From: Phoronis australis | Lineage: Eukaryota; Animalia; Phoronida | Direction: 5' to 3' | Assembly: GCA_002633005.1 (NCBI GenBank) | Contig: NMRA01000109.1 | Location: 656,624 to 720,623 of the forward strand | Length of the DNA stretch: 64,000 nt | In this document: in pieces, positions 34,301 to 49,300 of the stretch | Layout: every line of letters begins with the position of its first letter | Numbering within the stretch: position 1 is the stretch's first letter | Program-made: the position numbers and the translations under genes | The notes under the pieces: model-generated | What the model saw: the letters and a program-made list of their open reading frames with translations, nothing else | Told to the model about the DNA's origin: nothing | The model's database searches: none

Positions 34301-37300
34301 ACGTATCTCGATTGGCGTAGATGAAGTAATATCCCACGAGACATTATTCCACGTATCGACCGCTATCAAAGGTCAAGGTCGATATGCGGAATAATGTCTC
34401 GTGGGATATTAATTCATCTACGCCAATCGAGGTACATTTTGTACTGATCCCATTCGCTTTGAATTCTTAATTTTCATTTTTCGGAAGATTTTTTAAGTAC
34501 TTCACCCAGACTGTTCATATGGTGAATCACATAATATATCAGGTATGTTGTGCTTTAGGTTACAAGTTTTCTTTAGTAAAAGAAACAATTTTAAATGTAA
34601 CAATTTATTACTTGAAAAGAGATAACAAAGATGAAAACAACAGTAATTGTGCATTGAACTTGAAACATTTCCCGAAAAAAATAAATAACAACATTTGATG
34701 TTGTAGTTCGGTTACCAAGGAATTGGCGACTGAGTTGCAGACAATATAATAATATTTAGCAATCGAAAATTGAGACAGCAGTGTCATAGAATTAAAAGTT
34801 TTGTTCCAGTTGTTACGCTTGGAACCTGGTTGCAGGTTGGGTGTTATTTAGACTACCGCAATTGTATTACTTTAATCTATTTTGGGAAAGTTTGATTATC
34901 GAACCAGGTAACCGACATTGACCTACCTCTTGAACTTCCCATGTCACAGGGCACTGTTGAAGTAGTGCGGGAGGTGAATACGCAAAACGATATTACATGA
35001 CCATATTGCAGTCGACTGATTCAAGGTGTATGGGATAAATGACAGTAGTTACAAACTGGTAAAGTAACCAGCTTTGACTTCAGCAAATGTCTGGCAAACA
35101 GTGGCAATAATCAGCCATTTGTAATGATAAGACAGAAACATGAGGAGGATTTTATTGTTTACTAACTGTGGTCAAAGTTAATAATAATCCCAAAATGTAC
35201 TTTTCAGTCATAAAACAATAAGGTTGGGTTGACATATCCCCAAAATTGAATTCCTGTAACTGACCGCAGCACTGCAGCAGTAAATTACACTTACACTATT
35301 CCTGATAGTATCAGTAAATGAAATCTTCCATAATTACTGCTTAGGATTTCAAACAGGAAGTCTCAATCCATAAAACAAAACTTGTACTCTGGCCAGACAG
35401 AACATGAAACCCCAACCAGTTTAATGATAGCAATTATCCAGCTTCATATAGACCAGAGAAACCTACTGAAATGTCAAGTGGAGAGTGGATTAAATTCCTT
35501 TAGAAGCTCACTGGGTGCTCTGTCTGATGTCCAAGGAGGATTAGTGGTCAGTCAATAACCAAGGTCTTAGTGATAAGTTGAGACATAAATAACGAAGGTC
35601 TCAGAAATAAGTTGAGATTCTATCACAATCAGGATTGAAAGAATACAGCAAATTTGTACTTAGAAGATCGCGCAGGCTTGACAAACTGGCCATGTCGATG
35701 TGTGGATAACTATTGTTGATCTATGAAGCACGAGAATGCTCCAGAATTACCCCTAGTACCTAATTGGAGTTAACATTTGCTTTTTCTCATGTATGTTTGA
35801 ACAAAATGTATTTCCAACATTAGCCCAGAAAGAAAACAATGAACTCCTAACCTGACCATCATTATTTTCAAGAAACAAATAATACTGGTGACTATATAAA
35901 ATTTTCCATCAACTAGTATGGCCTCAGTAACTCATTTTCTGGCAATGCTTAAATCTGGATTTGAAACACACACAAATTGTTTTTAGGTCGATTCCACTGC
36001 GATGCACTCTACATAGATAAGAATTCTGCAGTATTTTCAAACTAGCAAAAGGGAAAATCCATTTTGTAATGAAATATAAGACAAAATAACAGAGCAAATC
36101 CACTGTATTTATATGTAACCGTGGAGACACAGTGAAATCGCCCCTTTAAAAGATTACACTTCTTTGGTTCAACAATGTTACCTGCGATCTCTAATCTCTC
36201 AGCACCAACCAAAACTCCATTCTTGTCTGCGTAGAACAACTGGGCACCATCAAGAGACTTCACTTCAAACTGCTCACACAATGCTTCCACTTTCCTATCT
36301 CCTACAGTGGAGAAGATGAACCAATCAACGTTAAAGGGACACTATCGGTCTACGGCCGAAAAACACTTTTGAGAATATTGTTGGATGTGATACACTTCTG
36401 GAAGCTATTAGATTTGACCAGGGGTGTGAATCTGTTTGTTTGTGTGATTTTATTACAAATCACCAATTCTCACCGTAATTTTCAGTCGTTGAAATCAAAC
36501 CCAGTGTCTTTACCATTCAAATGCACTTAAAATACTCTACTGTTTACTGCTTGGGATTCAGCGGCAGAACGTTCAGTTACTACAGATCTAACTGGTATGC
36601 CGCGTTGTTTCAGTATCTGTGAAATTACTTTTCTTGCGGAGAAAGTCTTTAAAGTGAGGCTATTAGCAAAATAAATTAATCACTCTACGAAAAATATATA
36701 AAAATATTTCATTACTGGCCAACCTCAGCATTTATATATTTACTCTACGAAAAACTGCACTTGGTCCTAATAATGTTATACTCATTCAACTTGGACAGAA
36801 AGATTTTCAAAACCTCAGTCTTAATAAATTTCTGTGCTCAACCACAGGTTCTGCTGATTCAGTGGACTGGAGGCTTTGCATGAAAAGCAGAAGGACCTGG
36901 ATTTTTTCAGATTTGACCGAGATTTGATTCAAATGCAGGTAATAACGAAGTTTAAAATTATCGTGATGGCAAAATTGACCGAGTTGCAATTTTTACTTCA
37001 AGTTTTTATAAATGAATGTGTAAAGACACTGCAGTTTAGACTTAGGAGGAAACTATATCCTCAAATATCTCAACAAAACTACCTAAACGTTACATAGGAC
37101 CCAAGAAAAATGTCAAAATATGACTAACTTCAGAACATCATATCTGAGAAATGGCTGATCAGATTCATACGAAACTTTCAGATACTATGCTCAATGTGTT
37201 TCTCCAAAACAAAATTAGGAATTGCATAAAATGCTCCATTTTTACATGAGGGGCTAACAAAATTAGAATTTATTTGATTTTCATGAAAGAACTCAAAAGT

Positions 37301-40300
37301 TGCAAACAATTATAATAATTTAGAAAACTACATAAAGTTTTTGAGACTTCATCTTAAACATTTATAGCAAACATAATTTGGTCATTGCTGTTTTTACCAG
37401 TGTGATACGGAGTTGTGAGAAACGTCTGCGGAGAACCGCCTCTTTCATACATGATTTAAAGGTGCGCTTGTGGAGGCTATATTAACAGCAACTTGACCGA
37501 GAATGCCTCTGTGTTTAAATTTCCAAAAGAAATGACATGGGTTTGTGCACCGTACGAGAGTGTATAATGTCAGTGTAGAACAAACGATTCAGTCAGGAAC
37601 CAACCTTTGTTCAATACATTTCAAAGAATCATGTTTCAACCAAGCACAAAAGTGGCATTGGGATGAAGGACTCGCCGCCCTGTAAGTGTATTTGAAAATT
37701 GTATAAATATCAAACTAACTGCTTCCATGCTAGGGCGAGGGACGCCAGGCCCTCGACCCCAGCCCAGATCGAGTGCTACGACACATAGGCTTATGAACTG
37801 TGTTTAGACCGTGGTCATTCCATCATGGCAACAGTGAATGCGAGTGACCCAGGTTTCCTGGGGCCTTTGTCAATGATTATTAAGAGCCTGCTTTGCATAA
37901 CAGTTGTCCAGTTCTTGCTCAAAATTGTTCTCGTCTTCTAATCTGTTGTGTTCCACCATTGCAATTGAAAGGATTGTCAAGTGACCAAACGTCTTCCAAC
38001 CATTACATCATTTGACATGAAACTTGGAAATAACTAATTTTTCTATAAAATTAAAAAAAAATCACTATTCTGCATGAAAAGTGCTTATTAACTTATATTT
38101 AATGGAATCCATTTCATATTAGCTAACTGAAACCTCAAAAACTAGAAAATGTGAGGTGGTGGAAGCTCTTTAAGCAAATATAACTTCACCTCAACATATC
38201 GCCTACAATAATATGACTGTCAATAACCAAAACATGGTGGAATCCAGTAGGCTTTTGAAAAACAGGAAAAAAAACAATGTCAGCAGTTAACTTCAATCAA
38301 ATTACAAGTAAAAACAAAATAGTGTGATACACAAATTGCCCTTCAACTACTCTAGACTAGTGGCAATAAATAAAAAAGATGTTTTTAAACACAACTGCTC
38401 AACAAAAATAGCGATTGAGATGTGTCAATAATCAAAAGTTTCTTCGTAATAATTGTCTTAATAAAGAAGAACTGATAAGACATCTGCTAATGATAACTGA
38501 TTAATAAGAATAGTCGCAAAAAACTTCCTTAAAGCGATCTATAGACAATCTTCAAATCTCAGATTAAGGAGTAAAACCCAGTAATACAAGGACTTATAAT
38601 GTCCATCATTGCAAATCTCCATTGATCTCCTCTACACAACCTTGCTTTCTTACATCCCTGAGGATCGCACCGGATCAACACCAACAACAAGAGCCCAATC
38701 CCATAACATATTCAATATTCTGTCTCTACTCTTGTTTTACCATTGGTACTTGTTGGGTTTGAGACAACTCTTAGATTATGTAGTATAGCAAACCATGGAT
38801 TCTGATTACCCAAATAGAATTCACGTTCATTGATTTGTATTCTTTTACGAATTGCCATCTTACCTATCAAAAAAGTGTGTACAATTTTTTTCCATGCAAA
38901 TATGTGTACGAACTATTTTTCCCTGGGACACTTACTATACGAACTATTAGAAAGAAATACAATGTTTCAAGACTATTAGAGTGTATGAACTATTACAGAA
39001 AATACCGCACCAAATTTTTATTTTAAATCCGATGCTGGGTTATACAATCGCCCTTAATTTATAGCCAAAAATTTTCTTAAAGGACCATATCTTCATTAAT
39101 GCCCACTCCAGCTAAAAATACAAGTAATTCGCTGATCACAAGTAACAAGCAGCATTCTGCCCGACTTCTTACACATTAATGCATAACCTCCGTTCGGGTA
39201 AATCCAAAACTGATTTAACAAAAACTTTGTCCTAAACTCCTATGCTGTGCTTAAAGGGACACTATCGGTTATATGGATGAAAAACACATTTTGAGGATTC
39301 CTGTTTGGTGGGATAGACATATTGAAATAATAGCTTTGAACAGAGGCATAAAAGAACAAAATCGGTTGCTTTTGTGATTATATTACAAATCGCAAATTCT
39401 CGCCATTGTCTGCCAGACATTCGATGAAATCAAGGTCAGTGACCTTATGACTTAAATATGCTCTAAATACTCTTGCCACTTATCAGACAGCAGAGTGTTT
39501 GCGCTGCAACTGCATGGGTTGAAAGATATGATCCAGGCTGGCGCTGACCTCAGAAAATCACTGTTCTCGCTGATAATCTCCTTCCAGTGTCTATCTCTGA
39601 ATTTTAAGACTTTCAAGTCGTTGCTAACTTGAACGAATAAAATAAATTATGATTTATTCTACCCTACTGATGCAGGAGGTTCCGTCTTCGTGTATGGACA
39701 GCTTTAAAGTGTCTGCTAAGGTACATGTGTCGTGTAGAGAATTTAAATAAAATGACATGCTTGGAATTCGCTGAAAGTTTCAAGCCAGCGACTAGCTGAT
39801 ACATGTCCATTCAACACATTAGGACAAACCATAGGTGTATCACATGAACACAAATGCCATGTCGTTCCATTTAAATCCAGTAAATAAGCAAATAGGTAAT
39901 AAGAACTCAGTGCGGCTGAAAGTTACCATATGTATAACATGAACAAAAAACAATTTTTGCGGATTACTAAATAATAGCAATTAAAAATTGTACAACTTTA
40001 CTATAGAGATGTTCACTATTCAAAAGGCTGGTGGTTAAACGCTGGTCCTACATGACAATCAAATGACTCAAGCATTGACAATGTCAATACAGCCAATACA
40101 AATAAGTTCTTTTCTTCAAATCAATCAATCAGAAATAATGAATTCACATTTTTGTCACAAAACCATGTTCTAAAAATTGGTAACGGATCTAACTAATCTT
40201 AACCACCAGTAAAATGTTGAATATCAACAAACAGTGATTTCAGCAGGTGTATTGTTTACGCGATAGGATTAATGTTATCAACAAGTCGGTGTTTTTTTAC

Positions 40301-43300
40301 TACAAAAATATAAATGTTAACTTGGTAAAAGTATATATTTTCCATAAATAAAAAGCCTCTTGAATACGATTTTTCACTTAATACCAATCTGCCAATTATT
40401 TGGTCACATGAGCACATTTTCAGTAAAATTTAGAAAAAAGGTAGTCATAGCAAAAGAAATGCAGTAATTATGTGATAAATTTTTGTTTCGAATGAAATCT
40501 CAAAAAAGCTGTTATCATTTCATTTTTTATTTTATGTTACTTCTCACTTTTTTGAAAAAAAATCATAAGTCTTATTTTTCATAGCCCCTCATGCAAATGT
40601 GGAACATTATAAAAGCAATTTCTTTCGGCATTTTGGAGAAAAGTACAGAAAACACAGCATCTGAAAGTTATATGATTTGCCGTTTCTGAGATACAATGTT
40701 CCGAAGACAGCCAAACTTGGACATTTTTCTAGGGTCCAACATAGGACACAATGTGGATAACAAATACAATGAAGTTCTGCCAAACTTTTGAACACAATTT
40801 TTCATTATGGTTGTCAGCACGTATCTCACAACAAACAGTTATTGGTGAAAATTTGAACCGGTATTGCACTACGGTAAGCCCTTGAGAAGTAGAGCGAGTG
40901 AGGTTTTAGCAATAAGTTTGGTGTCACAATGAAAGATGGTATCGTAACTAGCTTGATGAAGCTGAAGGAACTGATGGTTTTCAGCAGGGCATGTATCTTT
41001 AATTTTGTAAAATTATCTTTTTTTTAGAAAAACAAAGTAGTCTTCACTCTGAACATGATGTATACGGCATGTTGTGATGCTTCTCAAAACTTTCCAAGCA
41101 ACATATAAGTTATCGCCAATAGTTAAATATTAACAAACAATGACAAACTCAATTCACACACTACCGAGTAATTTTCTGATTTGAAGGTTCAAAGGCAGAT
41201 TATGGAAGTGAGTATTGACAGGAATAAACTTCAAGCCTTCAACATGATTTCAGCACACATGCAACATGGCTGAAATTAGATGGAAATCACTGCGCTGAAT
41301 ACATATAAGCAAACCACAAAAGAAAAGCCATAAAATATCTCATTCAATGTCCAATAATCAAGTTGGAGCATGTTGACCTGATTAAGTACAATTTTCCTAT
41401 CATCAATCACTCTTGTATTTACAGAGAGGTGGGGTAAGGCCACAGCTGAGTAGAATTTCATGAAGACTAACATATCGAAAAGCCCATCACTAACTGCAAA
41501 TTGCTAGCCTTTCTAATGGACACATAAATCTTGAAAACTTGGTCATTGACAAATGAAATGAACCTAGTATGATCGCTGTCACATGCACAGAAAATCAGCA
41601 GCAAAACATTGTGTGAAAAAATGTTTAATAACATAACGTTAAGTTTGATAAACATGAGGAGTATGGGAAGTTTATGATGAGTAATGGGGAACATTTAATT
41701 TTTAACACAATAAGCATCTGAATACTGGGGAAGAAAAAATAATCCTTAAAATTCAAAATTTTTACTCACCATATTTGTCCGGGTTACCGCCCTGGGCACT
41801 TAAATTGGGAATCTAAAAAACGGGGTAGGCGGTAAGCCGAGCATGGGCGGTAACCACTTTGGCACCATGGCAAGTTTTCTACCTGAATTTATTTCGCCAC
41901 CAAATGGTATTCATCAGCCGCCCTACCATAGCGAATCAAGTCACGTCTACATTTATATTCCATATTTTCGCAATTTTAACTGCCAGGACATTCTAACTGT
42001 ATAGCAATTTTATTCAATAATTTGATGGTGCATGTTCGTTGTTCTGTTTATACTGTTTGTTTACCAGAGTTAATTAAACCCAGTAAATCACACTTAGCCT
42101 AGCCTCAACCATGCGGCATAGGCCCTGGTTGTTATTCAATCGTTGGCGCAGGACTGTTGCTAGTCCATTTTATACAAGTGTCGGAAACTATCTTTGTATG
42201 TATACGGCATTCATGATTGATTCCGATAAAACAGCCGGAGATGGCATGCCTTCGTCTTTTGTCAGTGCGAGTGGTCTCGATCGGTCTGCACCGCTGCAGG
42301 ACTCTGAGCCCGGCAAAATAATTTCTGTTAAAATTTATTTTGCCATATTTTGTCAACATTTTCACTACAAAATGTCCCTATTTTGGTTTTATTAAACTTG
42401 AGGTCTGCTGTCCATTATTTCATCCCCATTTGCAGGCTGGTAACAGACACTGCTCCAGTGGCACAGACGGCGTATACTAAGCCTGGGTTCCTGAATGAAC
42501 TGTACTTCCGATATTGCGGTTAGTTCAAAATGGCAGTGTGATTTTCGGGTCCGAATCGTGAGTGACGCGTTTATTTAAACTTTCTTCGACTACGTATTGT
42601 GTATTGGTTACAGGATAAGTACTGCGTGGTTCCTTGTAATGTCTGCTAACCGTTTAATAAGGGTTAAAAACATGTGCTTCTAGGACTTTAAGACCATTTA
42701 GGACCCTACAAAAATATCCAAATTTGGCTAACTTCAGAACAAAACATTTCAAGTTAGAATGGTTGATCAGATAACATGCTTGACGTAGTGATCTCCAAAA
42801 TCATGTCAGAAATTGTTTTTAAAATGTTCCCGACTTTGCACAAGGGTCTATCAAAAAGGACTTCTGTGATTTTCATGAAAAACTCCAAGTTGCGTATAAG
42901 AAAAACAAAATGATATTTTATAACAACATTTTTGAGATCTCACCTTTAATATTTATATCAAACAAAACTGCATCATGTTACCATTGATGCCGTTGTTTTG
43001 CTATCAATGTATCATTCGTTTTTGTTAAATTATACAAAAAAAAATTAATGACAGACAGGACAAAAATCAAAAATCACATATTACAAGCTTTTAACATTCA
43101 GAATATATAGGCTTTTACCCAGTTAAAATCTATACAATATTTGACAATACATTAAGGTTTGTCGATAAGATCCACATAACCTTAATACAACACACACAAC
43201 AGATTGAGAATTCACAGGAATACAACATCAATCTTGTGGACAGTTTGGCCTCTGTGTTCAAGAAATTTGCAGACATTTGCAAAACAACAGATGAATCTTA

Positions 43301-46300
43301 TACGTACATGAGCCAGTGATACTTAAAATATCCACAAGAAAATCAAATCTAGTTAGATTGATCAGAGTAGCTGAAGAATTTTGTTGTCCAGAATTAGATC
43401 TGATTTCTCTAACAGAACATGTCTTAATGTCTCAGGCCTAACTAGTACCCTTTTTCAAATCAAGTCCTCTGTTTCAAAATTACACTTGCGAACAGTCAAC
43501 TATTTTGCTGATTAGACAAAAAGCACATGCAACTCCATTTTAAAACATTTTTCATGTTTTCTAGTGCATCAAAAAACATTAAGTGCATTTCTTTATATAC
43601 CTCCATGTAGCATGTATTTACACAGGAATGTTAATGATGGTTATAAAATAACAAATGTTAACTGCACTGGCATTAAATAACAGCACACATGTGGTGTAAG
43701 CAGTATTACTTTTACACTCATTCATCAAACCTACAGGAAGTAACAGCATGTCAGGTGACTCAGTGGCCTAGTGGTGATTGGTAGACTGACAATTAAAAAG
43801 GCCCTAGGCTCAACCCCCTTGGTGTAGCAAGAAAAGTAATATCCAAGTGTAGCCTACATGATTGTACCAGATACACTAGCTGGTTGCAACATGAGAAGAT
43901 CCACCAAAATGTTGTCCCAATATAAACAGACTAGAGGCTTGATGTAAACAGACCACAGGATTTTAAACATGATGTTACCACACCACCAACTGAAAGGGCT
44001 TTTAGGAAGTTGCTGCAGACTGCAGAAAAGTAACGGAGGTTGGCAAACTGTCAGTTCTTCAAAACCATAACTTAAGTTGAGACCAACATGGAAGTGATCT
44101 AAATCGACTGTTTAAGGAGCATTTATAGCATTTTTAACAAGAGCAACGCTGAGCATTGAAATACGCCCACGAATGCATTGCAAATGGTGTGCTTTTAGGG
44201 TTATTTATTTGTATCATAAAAATGGCCACTAGGGGGCACACCGGTAGTTGGATCCGTCAAAAGTTGTGTTGTTCGTTGTTAACATCATATAAATATAGTT
44301 ACTAAATTTCATAAAGATCCTGCGAATGGCTTAGGAAATACAGCCATAAGCACAAAAAAAAATTGCCACTAGGAGGCACCACAGTAGTTGAAATCTTCAG
44401 AAAATCTTTGTCAACCGTCCTCTTCATAGTAAGCACATACATGTCAATTTTTACAATCATCCTTTGAGCAGTTTGGTTGATAGAGGGATGTACGCAAAAA
44501 ACATAATCGAAAACAGTAAAAATGGCTACTAGGTGGTGCAAACTACATTGAATCCATCCAAAAACGAGATGATAGCTTCATCTCACAAATAGGTGCCTAC
44601 ATACCAAATTTCATAAAAATCCGTTCATAACTTTTGAAGATACAAAGGTAAGCGTAAAAAATTAAAATTGTCACTAGGGGGGCACACCGGTAGTTGGATC
44701 TGTCCGAAAATTCGCTCATGCCGTCCCATTCATGAATGGAACAAATTTGCCAAATTTCATAAACATATGCCAAAGGGTTTTCGAGATAGAGCAGCGAACG
44801 CCGGACACCAGACAGATGCCGCCCAGACGGACGGACGGAGAGGACGGCATAATGCTATATTTGGGCGCATAAAAATGTAAAGAAGAAAAGTTAATAAGTT
44901 TGATTGACCTTAACAAAGAGAATATTAATATCTTTGACTGTAATTTCTCTTATTGCCTACCTATAAAGAATCTGTTGGTGACAGTCCCTTGTCTGTCACG
45001 GCTGTGCATTGTAATGTTACGGGAAGACTCCATCACAAGAGGGTCCGGCTGAAACATAAACCAAAACGTTGCACAAAAGTAACAGTTTGTTAAAATCAAA
45101 TTGGTTTCCCTTCGACAGCCTGACAGCAAAATATGTGCACAACTCGAAAATTTACGTGTAACCTATCGCAATATTTTTGTCATTTATAACAATGAAACAA
45201 TTTAGAGCAAAAATTAATGTGTCCCTACAACTAGATACCTACATCAAATGAGAGAGAACATGGAAAATCAAGAACCAAAAAAGTACCTTGAGGACAACCT
45301 CGTGAAATTTTCACACTGAAAAAACAATGACAAAACTGTATTTTCTCATTTTAAGTTTTAACATTGAAAAAAGCGGAGCGTTGAAATGCGCCTATGAATG
45401 CATTGCAAATGGTGTGCTTTTAGGGTTATTTGTATCATAAAAATGGCCACTAGATGGCACAAAAACATACAATTCATCCAAAAACAGGAACATGCCATAT
45501 TTCATAAAAATCTGTCAAGGAACTTCAGAGAAACAAAGGAAAACAGAACAAAATGAAATTGCCACTTGTGGGCACAGCGTCCATTCCATCCGCCTGAGTC
45601 GTCATCTGTTATCTTCATATAAATTCACTTACTAAATTTAATAAAGATCCTGTAGTGGGTTTTGAAGATACAGCTGTAGGCACAAAACAAAACAAAACTA
45701 CCACTAGGAGGCGCCACAGTCACCATCATCAAATGTCCTCTTCACACAGAAAACATGTACGCCAATTTTCAAAACCATCCCTAGAATGATTTAGTTGATC
45801 GAGTGGTAGACGTCAAAAGCAAGATTTGAAAACAGCAAAAATGGCCACTAGGTGGTGCAAACTAGGTCGAATCCATCTGAAAACGAAGAGATAGCGTCAC
45901 CTCATTTACAGATCCCTGTGTGCCAACTTTTATGAAAATACGTTAAAGACCTTGGAACATACAGAGGTAAACGTAAAAAAATAAAATTGCCACTAGGTGG
46001 CACACCAGTAGTCAGATCCGTCTGAAAGTCGTCGTCCTCCGTTGTTAACATCCTATCAATACACTTACTAAATTTAGTAAAGATCCTACGAATGGTTTAG
46101 GGGATACAGCCATAGGTGCAAAAAAAAAAAAAACTCCCTCTAGGAGGTGCCACAGTAGTTGAAGTTGTCAGAAAATCATCGTCAGACGTCCACTTTGTAG
46201 TAAGAACATACATGCCAATTTTCACAATCATCCTTTGAGCGGTTTGGTTGACAGAGGGGTGGACGCAAAGAAACAGAAACGAAAACAGTAAATATGGCCA

Positions 46301-49300
46301 CTAGGTGGCGCAAACATCTGAAAACAAGAGGATAGCGTCATCTCCCTACTACGTGCCTATATACCAAATTTTATGAAAATCCGTTAAGGACTTTTGAAGA
46401 TACAGAGGTAAACGTAAAAAACTAAAATTGCCACTAGGTGGCACACCGGTATTCGGATCCGTCCAAAAGTTCGCTCATGCCCCCATCACAGAAGGAACAC
46501 ATGTGCAACATTTCATGAACATACATTAAGGCGTTTTGGAGATAGAGCAGGGGACGTCGGATGCCGGACGGATGGACGCCAGACTGACGGACGAACGGAG
46601 ATGACGGCACAATGCGTCCATATATTAATATGTGGGCGCATAATGAAATGAAATTGCCACTAGCGAGCACAGTGTCCGTTGGATCCGCCTGAAAGTCGTC
46701 GTCGTCTGTTGTCGGTTATATTCATATAAATACACTTACAAAATTTAGTACAGATCGCGCAGTGGGTTTAGGAGATACAACTATGGGTGCAAAACAAAAC
46801 TACCACTAGGAGGCGCCACAGTAGTCAGTCACCATCATCAAAGGTCGTCTTCACACTGAGAACAGATATGCCAATTTTCAAATGATTTGTTTGATACAAG
46901 GGTGGACGCCAAAAACAAGATTTGAAAACAGCAAAAATGGCCACTAGGTGGAGCAAAATACCTCGATTCCATCCAAAAACAGGAAGATAGCGTCATCACA
47001 CCAATAGATGCCTATATTCAAAATTTTATGAAAATCTGTTAAGGACTTTGAAGAAACGGAGTTAAATGTAAAAAAACTAAAATTGCCACTAAGGGGCACA
47101 GCAGCAGTCAGATCTGTCCGAAAGTCGTCGTCATTGGTAACATTATATGAATGCACTTGCTAAATTAAGATAAGATCCTGCGAACGGTTTAGGAGATACA
47201 GCCATAGGCGCAACAGAGACAAAACTGCCAATAGGAGGTGCCACAGTAGTTGAAATCGTCGGAAAATCATCGTCAACCATCCTCTTTATAGTAAGCACAT
47301 ACATGCCAATTTTCACAATCATTCTTTGAGCGGTTTGGTTGATAGAGGGGTGGACGTAAAAAAACGGATTCAAAAACAGTAAAAATGGCCACTAGGTGGT
47401 GCAATCTACCGGAAAACGGGAGGATAGCGTCATCTCACTAATAGGTGCCTACATACCAAATTTCATGAAAATCCGTTAAGGACTTTTGAAGATACAAAGG
47501 TAAGCGTAAAATACTAAAATTGCCACTAGGGAGCAGACCACTAGTCGAATTCGTCCGAGAGTTCGTTCATGCCGTCCCATCCATGAAAATATAAAAAATA
47601 ATTGCAGGCGGTCTGATACAACGTTTATCAGACATACGCAGGCCTCGCATGTGGCCCCATTGCACTGATCACCTGGAAATATTTTTCTGCTTTATTGATA
47701 TATGGTTAAAACCGAGCTGAGGAGCTAGAAACCTGGCTCAAGGGTTTAGCAGTGTGACATGGTGGGACTTGAACCCACAACCTCAAGTAAAGAAAGCGGG
47801 CACTTATCAACCAGGCCACACCGCCTCCTCCCCATCCGTGAAAGGAACACATGTGCAAAATTTCATGAACATACCTCAATCAGTTTTGGAAATAGAGCAG
47901 CGGACGTCGGACGCCGCCCAAACGGATGGACGCAAATGACGGCATAATGCGTCCACATATAAATATGTGGGCGCATAAAAATTATCCAAGAATCTAAATA
48001 AATCAGAAAAAAATGCCAGACAGGTTTTCACACCAAGCAAGACATCTCCTAATGACAGGTTTTCTTACAAGACTTAATGCAATAACCATGCTTTGCCAAA
48101 ATGTCAATCTGCACCAAAAGAACAGCCGCATTATTGCTTCCCTCTAAAATATCATATGACCTTCGGATCAACACTGCAAAAGATTCTCGGCATTGACAAC
48201 TTGTCTGTGAAGATGTACACATTACTTAAAATACTGAAACAGACAGTGCCAAAGACAATACAAATATAACAAAAACCTTTTTTGTCAGATGAATAATGAA
48301 ATTTTAGCATTATGATGGTTCTTATGTAGATGAAGGAATACATTGGGCCAAGCAATAAGGTCAAAGCACACCTGCTGTATTACAAAAGGCACAGGCCACC
48401 TGCCTACTTTTTAGGTGAAGGCATGTTTCACCACAAAACCAGACAAAACCAGAGTTTTGAGGCAACATAAAAGGAAATGCCTCCTTAAAGAGCATTCAGT
48501 AGAATGCTAATCATACTGAATGCAGTCCTGCTTTCAATAATCCTTTACTAATTTGATATTACTCGGTGCTGAAATTGAAACCCGTACTGATACTCAGTGA
48601 TAGGTAGTGATTTCAATGACACACAGTGATACACAATGATACTCAACGATACACAGTGACATCAGTGATACACAGTGATACCCCTTAATGATACAAAGTG
48701 ATAATCAATGACACACAGTGATACACAGTGATATCAGTGATACACAGAGATATCAGTGATACACAGTGATACTCAATGATACAGTGATATCAGAAATATA
48801 CAATGATGCACAATGATACAAAGTGATTCCCAAGTTAATCCTGAAGATTTTTCTGACAGTAAACCCGAATGTCAAATGAATATTGGTCTACAGATATCTC
48901 AACAACAAGAAATTGAACCCAAATCGCACTTGAAAATGAAAATTCCTTAATGAAAATTTCACTTTTTGCCCAAACCATAAAAGCACAAAGACAACATTGT
49001 ATCCCTGCCAAAAGAAAATTTCAAAGTAAAGAGAACATACTTTTGGGCCAACTCATTTTCAGCAAAATAGTCATGATTAAAATACTCACTGATCTGGACT
49101 TGATATGTTTAACATAGACTGGCTTGAGGAAGTCGACATCACCCTCCACCCGTATTCCAGTTGATGTTATCCTCAGCTTGCCCATTCCATACTAAAACAG
49201 ACAAAAACAAATTAATCCCAATATCATCAACATCAGCTGATGTCCAATATATTAAAGTTAAGTTTGAGGAACCATTTCTTGAAAGTACAATATAATGTTA

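Noticed and set aside
43754-43830. tRNA/SINE head (TGGCCTAGTGG)
   Set aside because: B-box degenerate, no TSD or cloverleaf found; too weak to call.
47750-47830. Functional tRNA gene
   Set aside because: Acceptor stem does not close; followed by a SINE body and flanked by a TSD.
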